From contig CAWCOT010000005.1 of the NCBI GenBank assembly GCA_963797275.1, positions 407,344-471,343 on the forward strand: a stretch of DNA of 64,000 nucleotides, written 5' to 3'. Positions 10,035 through 19,473 of this stretch are shown in pieces. The position numbers and the translations under genes are program-made. Under the pieces are notes generated by a model, which had not been told where the DNA came from, searched no databases, and saw nothing but the letters and a program-made list of their open reading frames with translations. Origin of the DNA: an uncultured Chloroflexia bacterium. Lineage in GTDB: Bacteria; Chloroflexota; Anaerolineae; Anaerolineales; UBA11579. The first letter of the stretch is position 1. Each line of letters opens with the position of its first letter.

Positions 10035-10715
10035 TTACTTCTTCTTACTTTCGAACAATTCATTCAGCCGGGTGATCTGCGCTCGGTTCAGGCGGCTTTT
10101 TTCATCCGCCTTGAGCAAAATCTGCTTTAGTTTTTTGATCGAAGCCGTGGGGATGGGGGCATTGCCAGCTTGCACCTCCGCGTTTTCGTCCACAAAGGCG
10201 AGAGCGGCCTGGACGTGAAGCTGGCCGCCATCCCAATGCTTGGCAAGGTACCGATCCAGCGCCTCGGCTTCCATGGATGCATCCACGATTGGCTTGCCGA
10301 CCTTCTCGTTGCCAAAGCGCGCCAGGAAACCCGGCGCCTTTACCCGCCAGCGTTTTCGCTCCGCATCGTATGTGACCAAGCCGCGCGTATAGCGGGGCAG
10401 CAAGATCCAGATCCCGGTTGGCCCCAGCAGCATGTGGGACACCGGCGTTTCGTAATGATAGAGCGTGTAATTATTGTCCAGAGATTTTAAGGCCCGGTCT
10501 ATGGCCGCGTCCGGACGCTTGTTCCAACGTCCAAAGTAGGTACCCAACTGCACGAACACGACCCCCAACACCAGGAATATAAGGTAAAGGCCAAATTGCC
10601 CGTTATTGAATAGCACGTAAACAGAACCAACCAGGAAAAACATCCCCAATAGATTGGTCCCAAATGACAAATTGGTGTTGCGCTTGTAGAGCTTCTCGTT
10701 GGTCAGAATGCGCAT
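10035..10715 (-). CDS. Membrane-anchored NERD-like domain protein
   Basis: Two N-terminal TM helices, then YTLYHYETPVSHMLLGPTGIWILL, which resembles the NERD nuclease-related domain core. Confidence 0.45.
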   Translation of the reverse strand: MRILTNEKLYKRNTNLSFGTNLLGMFFLVGSVYVLFNNGQFGLYLIFLVLGVVFVQLGTYFGRWNKRPDAAIDRALKSLDNNYTLYHYETPVSHMLLGPTGIWILLPRYTRGLVTYDAERKRWRVKAPGFLARFGNEKVGKPIVDASMEAEALDRYLAKHWDGGQLHVQAALAFVDENAEVQAGNAPIPTASIKKLKQILLKADEKSRLNRAQITRLNELFESKKK

Positions 10716-10716
10716 G

Positions 10717-11727
10717 CTACCCGCCAGTCACCGGGCTGAGCTGCGCCAAGCCCTGCTCAATAGAGGCGCGCAGCGAATTGAGCAAGCCTACTTCAACTGA
10801 GCGGCGAGCCAGTTTAAAGGCTGCGACCATGGCGGCCGCGTCCGAGCGGCCATGCGCCACGAATACCAAACCGTCGATTCCCAGCAGCGTTGCCGCCCCT
10901 ACTTCGCGTGGGTCCAGATCTTTGCGCAATTCCTTGAAAGCTGGCTGAGCCAACACCGCGCCGATTTTGGTCCGCCAGGAAGCCATCAATTCTTCCTTCA
11001 GCCGGTCGGTGATGAGCTTGGCTACGGCCTCGGCGCTTTTCATGATCACATTTCCGGTGAAGCCGTCCGAGATAGCTACATCTGCCGCGCCGCCGAAGAG
11101 TTCTTTGCCCTCCAGGTTGCCGATAAAATTCAGTCCGCTGGCTTCCAGGAGGGGGTAGGTGGCTTTTACCAACTCGTTGCCCTTACCGGCCTCTTCTCCG
11201 TTAGAGATCAATCCTACCCTTGGGCTTTTCACACCCAGGATTTTTTCAGCATAAGCTGAGCCCATCAGGGCGAACTGCAATAGATATTCCGGCTTACACT
11301 CTGCGTTGGCGCCGATATCCAACGCCACACAGCGCCCCCCTTGAACCGGATACATTACGGTTAGCCCGGGACGCAGAACGCCTTTCATCCTCCCTAGCCG
11401 GGTGAGCGCGATAGCCATTACTCCCCCGGTATTCCCGGCGGACACAAACGCCTGCGCCTCTCCATTTTTCACCAAATCCAGGCCAACCCCCATGGAATTC
11501 TGGGCTCGTCGGAGTGCCGAAGGCGCCACGTGGTCGGTCATCTCAAAGACTTCGGGGGCATTGACGACTTCTACACCCGGAGCCCGATTCCCCAACATTT
11601 TTTTTAGCTTGGTCTCATCCCCCACTAAGAGCAGTTCTTTCCCGTAAGATAAGGAAAGTTGGATGGCTGCCTCAACTTCAGGGTTTGGGTGCTTGTCGCT
11701 GCCCATTGCGTCCAAAACGATGCGCAC
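10717..11727 (-). CDS. plsX: Phosphate acyltransferase PlsX
   Basis: MRIVLDAMGSDKHP...SAGNTGG...VFVAHGRSD are canonical PlsX blocks. Confidence 0.9.
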   Translation of the reverse strand: MRIVLDAMGSDKHPNPEVEAAIQLSLSYGKELLLVGDETKLKKMLGNRAPGVEVVNAPEVFEMTDHVAPSALRRAQNSMGVGLDLVKNGEAQAFVSAGNTGGVMAIALTRLGRMKGVLRPGLTVMYPVQGGRCVALDIGANAECKPEYLLQFALMGSAYAEKILGVKSPRVGLISNGEEAGKGNELVKATYPLLEASGLNFIGNLEGKELFGGAADVAISDGFTGNVIMKSAEAVAKLITDRLKEELMASWRTKIGAVLAQPAFKELRKDLDPREVGAATLLGIDGLVFVAHGRSDAAAMVAAFKLARRSVEVGLLNSLRASIEQGLAQLSPVTGG

Positions 11728-11772
11728 TAAATTCCTCCGCAGTGGGTTAATGGGATGGGAAAACGGCTTAGC

Positions 11773-11800
11773 TTGACACTCGGAATGCGGGCATTATAAT
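11773..11800 (+). promoter_or_regulatory. Sigma-70-type promoter for tRNA-Leu(GAG)
   Basis: TTGACA (11773..11778), a 16-nt spacer, then TATAAT (11795..11800). The tRNA 5' end is 10 nt downstream. Confidence 0.7.
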
Positions 11801-11810
11801 GCCTCTGCCC

Positions 11811-11896
11811 GCGCTGGTGCTGGAACTGGTAGACAGGCATGGTTGAGGGCCATGTGCCGCAAGGCGTGTGGGTTCGATTCCCCACCCAGCGCACCA
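11811..11896 (+). tRNA. tRNA-Leu (anticodon GAG), CCA encoded
   Basis: Hand-folded cloverleaf: acceptor GCGCTGG/CCAGCGC, anticodon stem CATGG/CCATG with loop TTGAGGG, long variable arm TGCCGCAAGGCGT, T-arm GTGGG-TTCGATT-CCCAC. Confidence 0.9.
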
Positions 11897-11899
11897 AAA

Positions 11900-11929
11900 A
11901 TCCTGCAAAGGGTCATTTGCAGGATTTTT
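11900..11929 (+). terminator. Intrinsic terminator after tRNA-Leu
   Basis: ATCCTGCAAA-gggtca-TTTGCAGGAT followed by TTTT. Confidence 0.8.
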
Positions 11930-11954
11930 ATTGCTTCAAAGCCCCGCCAACAGA

Positions 11955-13508
11955 ATGTATACTTGTCGCGTGGCAAAGCTTGTGTCCATTGCTGAGATGA
12001 AGGCTATTGAAAAGGCCGCCGATGTCTCAGGCCTTTCCTATGGCCGGATGATGCTAAATGCCGGGGGAGCACTTGCCAGGAGCGCTCTTGCGCATAGCCA
12101 ACTGAGTAAACGGAGTGTAGTTGGGCTTGTTGGACCCGGTAATAATGGGGGGGATACTTTGGTGGCCCTGGGGCATTTGGCTAAACAGGGTTGGACTGCC
12201 AGGGCTTTATTGGTGGGTAACCGCCACAAGGATAAACAATCCAAGTCCGCGGAACAAGCGGGCGTCAAGGTTGCTGCCTATACTCCATCGGCCGCTCGGC
12301 GCTTGTTGGCATCCAGCCAAGTGGTTCTGGACGGTTTGCTGGGCACTGGCATCCATCTTCCCCTGCGCAGCCCTTTCGATGAAGTCCTCCACCTCGCCGG
12401 TATTACTCTATCCGGCCGGCCTCATCCTGCTTATGTTATCGCTGTGGATTGCCCTTCGGGGTTGGATTGTGACAGCGGCCAGATAGCGCCTGAAGCATTG
12501 TTTGCGGACCTTACCGTCAGCATGGCGGCTGTAAAACAGGGCATGCTAACCCTACCCGCTTTTGCTCATCTTGGAAAAATCGAAGTTGGTGATATTGGCT
12601 TGACAGCCGACTTACCGGAATGGGGTGCTGTTCAACGCTATGTGATTGATGAGCCGATGGCGCGAGCGGCCCTTCCTCACCGTCCTCCGGATTCTCACAA
12701 AGGTACTTTTGGCACCGCGCTCGTTATCGCCGGATCGCGACATTTTCCTGGCGCCGCCTTGTTGGCAGGCGAGGCAGCTTATCGCAGCGGCGCCGGCTTG
12801 GTCACCATTGGCACCGTGCAAAGTATGCAACCCGCACTGGCTGGACACCTCCGCGAGGTGGTTTGGCTGCCTCTGCCAGATCAGGATGGCTGGATCGCCG
12901 AGGCCGCAGCCGATATGGCCTTGGCAAATTTGGAGCGTGTCACCGCTATGCTGCTGGGGCCTGGTTTTGGACAGCAGCCTCAGACAGGCAAGTTTCTGGA
13001 GCGTTTGCTGTCTGGGAAATTGAGGCCTTTGGTGGTGGACGCCGACGGCTTAAAATTGCTCGCCCAGATACCTGATTGGCCTAAAAAGCTGCCAGCCGAA
13101 ACCGTACTTACTCCCCATCCTGGGGAGATGTCCGTTCTTACAGGCGTACCGATAAAGGAAATCCAGGCTGACCGCATTGAGGTCGCCGAAAAATTCGCGG
13201 CTGCTTGGACGCAGGTCGTGGTGCTGAAAGGAGCTTTTTCGGTTGTGGCCGCTCCGGACGGGCAGAGTGCTGTCCTACCATTGGCTACCGCGGCCTTGGC
13301 CCGCGCCGGCACCGGGGACGTGCTGGCGGGCATTATCACCGGCTTGCGTGCCCAGGGCGTTTCGGCTTTCGAGGCGGCCTGCGCTGGGGTGTGGTTGCAC
13401 GGCCAGGCGGGATTGGCCGCGGAAGCGCGCCTCGGGAGCTCGGCGGGCATCCTGGCGGGTGACCTGATCCGCGAATTACCGTCCTTGTTCGCTACCCAAC
13501 ATGGCTAA
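11955..13508 (+). CDS. nnr: Bifunctional NAD(P)H-hydrate repair enzyme Nnr (epimerase + ADP-dependent dehydratase)
   Basis: ..GPGNNGGD.. marks the YjeF-N domain and ..HKGTFG..GAALLAGEAAYRSGAGLV..TGDVLAG.. the C-terminal domain. The track start at 11868 overlaps the tRNA, so I prefer the in-frame ATG at 11955. Confidence 0.85.
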   Translation: MYTCRVAKLVSIAEMKAIEKAADVSGLSYGRMMLNAGGALARSALAHSQLSKRSVVGLVGPGNNGGDTLVALGHLAKQGWTARALLVGNRHKDKQSKSAEQAGVKVAAYTPSAARRLLASSQVVLDGLLGTGIHLPLRSPFDEVLHLAGITLSGRPHPAYVIAVDCPSGLDCDSGQIAPEALFADLTVSMAAVKQGMLTLPAFAHLGKIEVGDIGLTADLPEWGAVQRYVIDEPMARAALPHRPPDSHKGTFGTALVIAGSRHFPGAALLAGEAAYRSGAGLVTIGTVQSMQPALAGHLREVVWLPLPDQDGWIAEAAADMALANLERVTAMLLGPGFGQQPQTGKFLERLLSGKLRPLVVDADGLKLLAQIPDWPKKLPAETVLTPHPGEMSVLTGVPIKEIQADRIEVAEKFAAAWTQVVVLKGAFSVVAAPDGQSAVLPLATAALARAGTGDVLAGIITGLRAQGVSAFEAACAGVWLHGQAGLAAEARLGSSAGILAGDLIRELPSLFATQHG

Positions 13509-14211
13509 GAATCCTAGCAGGGTTATCCTTGTCACCTTTCTGCTGGTGGCCTGTGGTGTCCGGCAACCCGTCGATGACACCTTTGGAGGATTGCTCATAC
13601 ATTCTAATGATTCTGCTTACACGCTAAATATCGATCAAGCCGTCTTACTCTCAGACGAGCAGGGTAATCCAGTATCCACCCGCATTACCGATGACACCTC
13701 CTTGGGAACTGTACACTCTTTCGATTTGCTTCCAATTATTTTGGATAAGCCGCAACGCTCAGCAGAGGATGGGCTTTGGCGCGTTAATGTTTGGGAAGCG
13801 CGGGGAAATTCGGTGGAACATCCCGGGTATGTGGTGACCATAGTTTTGGGATACGACGATACGATAATAGAATACGACTTATTGCCTGGTTATATTTTTG
13901 ACTGGAAAGCCGGGAACACGGAGAAAGTTGGACTGGTCGTAAAGCAATTGCAACCCGGGGAGCAAATTTCCTTGCACGTCATCGGCGAACATGGGTTCAC
14001 ACAGCAAGATATTGATGCCATTACCGCCCTGGGTTACGATTATCCGATTTTAGTGCAGGGTTATGAGGAAAACAACATGGCCATTTTGGAGGCCCTGAAG
14101 TCAGGAAAGGCCCCACCTCCGGGAGCAGATTCGCGGCGTGGGTGCTATCTCCCGCGGCGTAATCCAATAATCAAAAGGACTGGCATTGCCAGTCCTTTTT
14201 TATTTATTTAG
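13501..14211 (+). CDS. Hypothetical lipoprotein
   Basis: Signal peptide with LLVAC lipobox. I recognise no domain. It overlaps the nnr stop by 8 nt. Confidence 0.5.
   Translation: MAKNPSRVILVTFLLVACGVRQPVDDTFGGLLIHSNDSAYTLNIDQAVLLSDEQGNPVSTRITDDTSLGTVHSFDLLPIILDKPQRSAEDGLWRVNVWEARGNSVEHPGYVVTIVLGYDDTIIEYDLLPGYIFDWKAGNTEKVGLVVKQLQPGEQISLHVIGEHGFTQQDIDAITALGYDYPILVQGYEENNMAILEALKSGKAPPPGADSRRGCYLPRRNPIIKRTGIASPFLFI
14173..14201. terminator. Bidirectional-shape terminator between convergent genes
   Basis: AAAA-GGACTGGCA-t-TGCCAGTCC-TTTTTT. Confidence 0.7.
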
Positions 14212-14630
14212 CTCTTCTTCTTGGCGTCGTTCGAAGACTTCCGTCCACTCTTCGGCGGCGTCATCGCCGCATCAATTGCAGCTTCGCCACGGGCGCGCAG
14301 GTCCTCGACCGCGGCTTCGCCGCGATTGCGCAGGCCTTCAACTGCGGCCTCCCCTTTGGAGCGCATTTGCTGGGCCTGGCCGCGCATTTCGTCGGCCTGC
14401 TGGCGAGCCATGCGGGTCAGTTCCTCTGCCCGTGAGCGTGCCTCGGCGGCAGCTTTTTCCAGCGCCTCGGTGCTCATATCGCGTAGTTCGATGCCGCGCT
14501 CGCGCAGCAGCCTGCGGGTTTCCTCGCCGGATTGTGGCGCCATCAGCAGGGCCGTAGCCGCACCGATAATGCCACCCATGAGAAGACCGGAAAAGAAAGA
14601 AGCGAAATCGCTACCATTTCTGTCAGACAT
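14208..14630 (-). CDS. YtxH domain-containing protein
   Basis: FFSGLLMGGIIGAATALLMAPQSGEETRRLL is the N-terminal YtxH signature, followed by a coiled charged repeat tail. Confidence 0.75.
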   Translation of the reverse strand: MSDRNGSDFASFFSGLLMGGIIGAATALLMAPQSGEETRRLLRERGIELRDMSTEALEKAAAEARSRAEELTRMARQQADEMRGQAQQMRSKGEAAVEGLRNRGEAAVEDLRARGEAAIDAAMTPPKSGRKSSNDAKKKS

Positions 14631-14663
14631 ATCTAAACTCCTTTTCTGTATAGTCGGTTACTC

Positions 14664-15110
14664 TTATCTACGGATCCAAAAACCAAACAGCTCCAGTGCG
14701 CGACGGAAGGCCGCCACGCCGGCATTAACCTTAACGACCGGTTGGACCAATTTATCACTCAAGAAGCGCGTCGTTCCTCGCATGGTCTCGGCAGCTTCGC
14801 TGGCCGAATTCAGGATGGGGCGTACTTCATTGTTAATCAGGTTTACCAGCCGGGTCAACTGGATGATCAGCAGGATCAGCGCCAAGCCGATGACCATGAA
14901 CTCAAAGGCGACCAGGATTATGAACAGGTCCCGCAACGAGTCAGTGGGCGCACCTGGTTGCATCAGGTAGAAGACTGCGGCCACCAGCCCTGCCAACAAC
15001 AGCACTCCCAAAACGATTAAGCCAACAATCAGGTTGCGAGAAGATGATTTGCTAATTCCCTCAATACCTTTGGTGCTGGCGGCGCGGTCGATAGGTTGTT
15101 CTTCGTTCAA
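14664..15110 (-). CDS. DUF948-like membrane protein
   Basis: Two TM helices followed by ..LVNLINNEVRPILNSASEAAETMRGTTRFLSD... It has the usual YtxH neighbour. Confidence 0.5.
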   Translation of the reverse strand: MNEEQPIDRAASTKGIEGISKSSSRNLIVGLIVLGVLLLAGLVAAVFYLMQPGAPTDSLRDLFIILVAFEFMVIGLALILLIIQLTRLVNLINNEVRPILNSASEAAETMRGTTRFLSDKLVQPVVKVNAGVAAFRRALELFGFWIRR

Positions 15111-15217
15111 AAATCCGCCTTTCGCACCTATTATACCAAATGCCCCCTTACCCTTTTTTTATCGAATTGTTGGATAGTTTATGGAATCGCGATTGGTTTA
15201 GAGAGATATTTTCAGCC

Positions 15218-16502
15218 TTACTGGGACTGCCAGGACTTTATTTCGTCCTGTATTTGCTGCAATGATTGCTGGTTTGCCACCACCGTTCGCGTATTGCCAG
15301 GGGTAGCCTCCAAAACGCTGCATGCCGCATCCAGGCAATACCGGTATTCCAGGGGCTCGGCGAAGTTAGTGGGGCTGTTTAGTTTATAAGCCCAATGGCC
15401 GTCGCCCAGGGGCCACATGGGCAGCGGCTTAGACCATTCACCCAGTTTGAATTGGATGTAAGCCAGCAAGCTGTCAGCGGGCGCGGTTAGCTCGAACCAG
15501 ATAGGTGCGCTGGAACCAGCTGCCCACGACGCGACCCGATCATCGATTTCCAGATCCGTAGTGCCTTCCGGGAGGATCAGTTGGCGCACCGAGAAATCGC
15601 CTTCGGCCACATGTTCTGCGTTCCATAGGCCATCCCCTAAGGTGTACTTGTAGCGGATGTCAGCAGCGGCCGGTATTTGCATAGTTATCGAGTAGCTTCC
15701 ATCTGCTTGCGTGACCAGTAGCGGCCGGGAAGCCAGTTCATCCAGGTTACCAGAAAGGAATACAGGCGTGCCGGCGGTGTGGTCCTCGGGCGGTGTGACC
15801 TTAAAGGTCACAGTGGCCATCTGTGAAGGAGAGAGAGCTATGCTCGCCGGCGTCTCGCTGTTGGCCGCCACCAGTGCGCCCTGCTGGAAGGGTTTATAGC
15901 TGCCGTCTGTTGAATTGACCAATACGTTGTGCAAACCCTGGGGCAACCCGGCAATGACGAAGTGCCCGTCGGCATCAGTCTGAGCTCGCAGCCCAGCCGC
16001 CGTCACAGCAAGATTGGAGAGTGGCTTGCCGGTGGCCGCGTCGGTCACCGTGCCGCTTACCTGGCCCGTGGGCTGGTCAGAAGGCAGGTCTGCCCAGGCG
16101 GCCACCATATCGTGCGCCAGGTGGCCGGGACCGTCCACTAGATAGGCCCGATAGACGATTTCTTCCCGGTTGGCGGCGGTCTCATTCACGTCCCCGTTTG
16201 AACTTTGACGCACGTATCGGTATTTGAGCAGGGTTCCGGTGGGTACGGAGATGGTTATAGCCACGCTGTTTTCGCCGGTCGACTGCATGGACTCGTGTTT
16301 GTCGTTTAATCCCAATCCAGTAACGTCATCCACCACAGCGAATACCACGGGGTCTCCTACTGGTGTGCCTTCTGGGAGCAAGGCGATAAAGGTAACGTTG
16401 ACCATGCCAGGCAATTGGTAAGAACTCAGGTTGGCCGGTCCGGTTGCAGTACAGGCTGCCATAAAGGGCGCCCAAAATAGCCAGAGAGGAGAGCCTTCTC
16501 AT
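15218..16502 (-). CDS. Secreted lipoprotein with carboxypeptidase-regulatory-like (CarboxypepD_reg) domain; 1-nt frameshift in the signal-peptide region
   Basis: GQVSGTVTDAATGKPLSNLAVTAAGLRAQTDADGHFVIAGLPQG. ATG 16500..16502 forms an ATGA overlap with the tatC stop and encodes MRRLSSLAILGAL.., but it is one frame off the body of the gene (ORF 15218..16462, MAACTATGP..). Confidence 0.6.
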
Positions 16503-17368
16503 TCGCTACTCCGGCGGGCGCGCTGGCGCTGCGCCAGCGCCGCGGTGCCCACGCTGAGGAAATAGATCAGCGACAAAGGGATCCACACCAGCGTCATATT
16601 AACCGGGTCTACCGTGGGAGTGATAGCAGCAGCCACCACGGCCAGTATAACCACGGCGATGCGCCAATTTTTCCCCAACCAACGCGCCTGTATCAAACCC
16701 ATAGCGGCCAGAACGTAAGAGACCAGCGGAAACTCGAAGCACAGCCCAACCCAGAACATCAATCCCGTAGAAAAACTGACGTATGACGAAGGCCTTACGA
16801 TGGTGTGGATACCCATGAAATTGACCAGGAAAGCGACGGCTGGAGGTAATAAAACAAAGTATGTGAATGCCATCCCCGCGACGAACAAAAGCAGCACCAG
16901 CGGGATGGATAGGAAGCCTATCATTCGTGATCGGCGGGATAAGCCCGGTGCCACGAATAGCATTAATTCAAATGCAATATAAGGAAGCGTGATGGCGAAG
17001 CTGGCCAGCAGAGTGACTCGCATTACCACGCCTACTGGTTCGGTCACATCGATGGCCTGTAGGTCAGCCAGGCCGCCCACCGGTTGAGCCAGCCAATCCA
17101 GCATGGTGCCGGCAAAACTGAACATCACCAGGAAGACCACGATGAGCGCCAGCGTCGAGCGCACCAGGTGGCCGCGCAGCGCGGCCAGGTGCTCCAGTAC
17201 CTCGCCGGGATGAGAGACCGCCTTTTCGATCGTATCGCCCAGCGGCGTGTTTTCCGGCTCCTCGCTAAAGAAGCGTTTGGGCCTATCCACCAACCGTGAA
17301 AATATCCGCCCCACGAAGCGAAACGGCGCGGTGAGCCCGCGCCAAATCCTGCTCAACAAGGCGCGCAC
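16499..17368 (-). CDS. tatC: Twin-arginine translocase subunit TatC
   Basis: ..VLEHLAALRGHLVRS.. plus six TM spans with a TatC-like arrangement. GTG start overlaps the tatA stop. Confidence 0.85.
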   Translation of the reverse strand: MRALLSRIWRGLTAPFRFVGRIFSRLVDRPKRFFSEEPENTPLGDTIEKAVSHPGEVLEHLAALRGHLVRSTLALIVVFLVMFSFAGTMLDWLAQPVGGLADLQAIDVTEPVGVVMRVTLLASFAITLPYIAFELMLFVAPGLSRRSRMIGFLSIPLVLLLFVAGMAFTYFVLLPPAVAFLVNFMGIHTIVRPSSYVSFSTGLMFWVGLCFEFPLVSYVLAAMGLIQARWLGKNWRIAVVILAVVAAAITPTVDPVNMTLVWIPLSLIYFLSVGTAALAQRQRARRSSE

Positions 17369-17760
17369 TAGCTTTGTTCTCCCTCCGGCTTGTCTTCGGG
17401 TGGCTTGAGCTCTTCGATTGGCTTGTCTTTTTGCGATAGCGGCTCCGGTGAGCGCGTCCAGGCGGTGATCTGGCTATCCAGGTTCTTCAACCCGGAAGTC
17501 TGGTTTTGCATCTCGTTCTTCAATTCCTGGCCCGTTTGCTTGAGTTCATCCATGCCGGTTTCTTTCGCCAGCGTATCCGGTAGGTTGCGCAATTGGCGAC
17601 CGGCGTCTTGAATAGCGCGCCATATCTCGGATTGGCGCAAGGAGCGCAAAGTGCGTCCCAGCGTAGCCCCCATCTTAGCCATATCTTGCGGGCCCATCAC
17701 CAGGAAGACGATGAGCAGGATAGCAATAAGCTCAGTTGGTCCAATGCCAAGGAATTCCAT
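17368..17760 (-). CDS. tatA: Sec-independent translocase TatA/TatB-family protein
   Basis: MEFLGIGPTELIAILLIVFLVMGPQDM... gives a TM helix, hinge Gly-Pro and amphipathic helix. The long acidic tail is TatB-like. Confidence 0.8.
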   Translation of the reverse strand: MEFLGIGPTELIAILLIVFLVMGPQDMAKMGATLGRTLRSLRQSEIWRAIQDAGRQLRNLPDTLAKETGMDELKQTGQELKNEMQNQTSGLKNLDSQITAWTRSPEPLSQKDKPIEELKPPEDKPEGEQS

Positions 17761-17763
17761 GCG

Positions 17764-18216
17764 TCACTCTTTGGGGCTGGCTGCAGGGTGAGGCGCTAGT
17801 GCCCGGCCAATTTCCTGACGGCGGTCCGCCAGGCTACCCAGTACGCCGTTGACGAAGCGGGAAGAGCTTTCCGATCCGAAGCGCTTGGCCAGCTCAACGG
17901 CTTCATTGATTGCGACTTTCACCGGGGTTTCACCGTCCACGGCGAACTCCCAAACTGCCATACGGATGAGATTCCGGTCGATAACCGATACCTGTTCGAT
18001 GGGCCATTCGGGGGCGTGCTCGGATGTATAAGCGTCCAGCTCTGTGCGCAAAGGTAAGATGCCCCTTACAAGTTTGCGGGCAAATTCGACCAGTTCGTCG
18101 TCCAGTTGGATTTCCTTGAAGCGCAAATCCAGGACTTCTTCGGCGGGGTGCCCGGTAAGGTCGATTTCGTAAAGCGCCTGGAGGGCCAGGCTGCGGGCCC
18201 GGGTGCGCGGTTTCAT
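17764..18216 (-). CDS. nusB: Transcription antitermination factor NusB
   Basis: RTRARSLALQALYEIDL...INEAVELAKRFG....FVNGVLG. Confidence 0.85.
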   Translation of the reverse strand: MKPRTRARSLALQALYEIDLTGHPAEEVLDLRFKEIQLDDELVEFARKLVRGILPLRTELDAYTSEHAPEWPIEQVSVIDRNLIRMAVWEFAVDGETPVKVAINEAVELAKRFGSESSSRFVNGVLGSLADRRQEIGRALAPHPAASPKE

Positions 18217-18218
18217 GC

Positions 18219-18539
18219 CTAGACTTCCGAGGGGAAGTAGATATCCTCTATGTGGATGTTAATACGGCCGGCCTTCATGCCCACCATGTCGGAAATGGCC
18301 CGCGCCACGTCGGCTTGCACTTCCCGGCTAACCTGGCGCAGGTTTACGTCTTTCTCAAGGATGAGGAATAAGTCCACATCCACCAGATCGCCGCTTACGT
18401 CCACGTGAACGCCTTCGTCGGAGCTGCGGCCGGTGTTGCGGGCCGCAGTGCCGTGCACGCCAGGCACCCTTAATGCGCTCAGGCGCGCAATGGCGTGCAA
18501 AACGTCGGGGGCTACAGTGGTGGAGTTGGCGTTACGCAT
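18219..18539 (-). CDS. Asp23/Gls24 family envelope stress protein
   Basis: ..VAPDVLHAIARLSALRVPGV.. The size and the position upstream of nusB are typical. Confidence 0.7.
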   Translation of the reverse strand: MRNANSTTVAPDVLHAIARLSALRVPGVHGTAARNTGRSSDEGVHVDVSGDLVDVDLFLILEKDVNLRQVSREVQADVARAISDMVGMKAGRINIHIEDIYFPSEV

Positions 18540-18557
18540 GGCTGTAAGGAAATTCCA

Positions 18558-19319
18558 CTAAAACATCGCCATGCCACCATCTACGGCCAAGACCTGGCCG
18601 GTGATGTAGCTGGCCTCATCGGAGGCGAGGAAAGCGACGGCAAACGCGATGTCCTCTGGGGTGCCTTTGCGTCCAAGGGGAATCATCTTCACGAACGATG
18701 CGCGCATCTCTTCGGGTACGTCGGCCCAGATCTCGGTGTCCACATAACCGGCGGCAATGGCGTTGACCGTGACGTTGCGGGAGGCAACCTCCCGTGCCAG
18801 GGCTTTCGTGAAACCGATCTGCCCGGCCTTGGAAGCCGAGTAGTTGGTCTGGCCAGCGTTGCCTATTTGCCCGGAAACGGAGGTGATGTTGATGATGCGC
18901 CCGCTGCGCGCCTTCATCATATGGCGCACAGCAGCCTTAGCGCAGTTGAAGGTGCCTTTGAGGTTGGTGTCGATGACCGCGTCCCAGGATTCTTCTGACA
19001 TCATCATGATGAGCATATCTTTGGTGATGCCAGCGTTATTGACCAGGATATCCAGCCCCCCGAATTTTTCGATGCCGGCTTTGATGAGTGCCTGGGCATC
19101 CTCCACTTTGGACACGTCCCCCATAATGGCGGCGGCCTTGCCGCCCGCTTTGACTATCTCCATCACTACGTCTTCGGCCGCTTTGCCGTTGCTGTTGTAA
19201 TTGACGATGACACTGGCCCCGCGGGCGGCCAGTTCGATGGCGATGGCGCGGCCGATGCCGCGTGAGGCCCCCGTGACGACGGCGACTTTATTAGCGAGTG
19301 GGGTAGCGTTCGCATGCAT
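18558..19319 (-). CDS. fabG: 3-oxoacyl-ACP reductase FabG
   Basis: VTGASRGIGRAIA...NNAGI...YSASKAG is the SDR catalytic signature. It sits next to fabD. Confidence 0.85.
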   Translation of the reverse strand: MHANATPLANKVAVVTGASRGIGRAIAIELAARGASVIVNYNSNGKAAEDVVMEIVKAGGKAAAIMGDVSKVEDAQALIKAGIEKFGGLDILVNNAGITKDMLIMMMSEESWDAVIDTNLKGTFNCAKAAVRHMMKARSGRIINITSVSGQIGNAGQTNYSASKAGQIGFTKALAREVASRNVTVNAIAAGYVDTEIWADVPEEMRASFVKMIPLGRKGTPEDIAFAVAFLASDEASYITGQVLAVDGGMAMF

Positions 19320-19473
19320 GGTAAGGTCCTTAGGTTGGGATTATACCAACGGAGAAGAGTTGCTTAAATTTCGACGCACATTCTAATTTTGCGATCTTTC
19401 TCAGCAAGGGCCGAATGATTACGAAGGTGGGATTCGGACGTATGCTTCGTTCTGCTCGGAAAAAGTATGCGAC

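Noticed and set aside
11794-11976. Two ORFs on opposite strands (11794..11976 minus and 47022..47264 plus) share the peptide GESNPHALRHM.LNHACLPVP, which looked like a repeated gene.
   Set aside because: The shared peptide is simply the translation of the two tRNA-Leu genes (conserved T-arm and variable arm). It is not a protein repeat.
14221-14970. 249-aa plus-strand ORF rich in Ser/Ala/Arg.
   Set aside because: It lies antisense to the YtxH and DUF948 genes, which have recognisable signatures. Its composition (SSAS, RRS repeats) is typical of the reverse frame of Ala/Glu-rich coding DNA.
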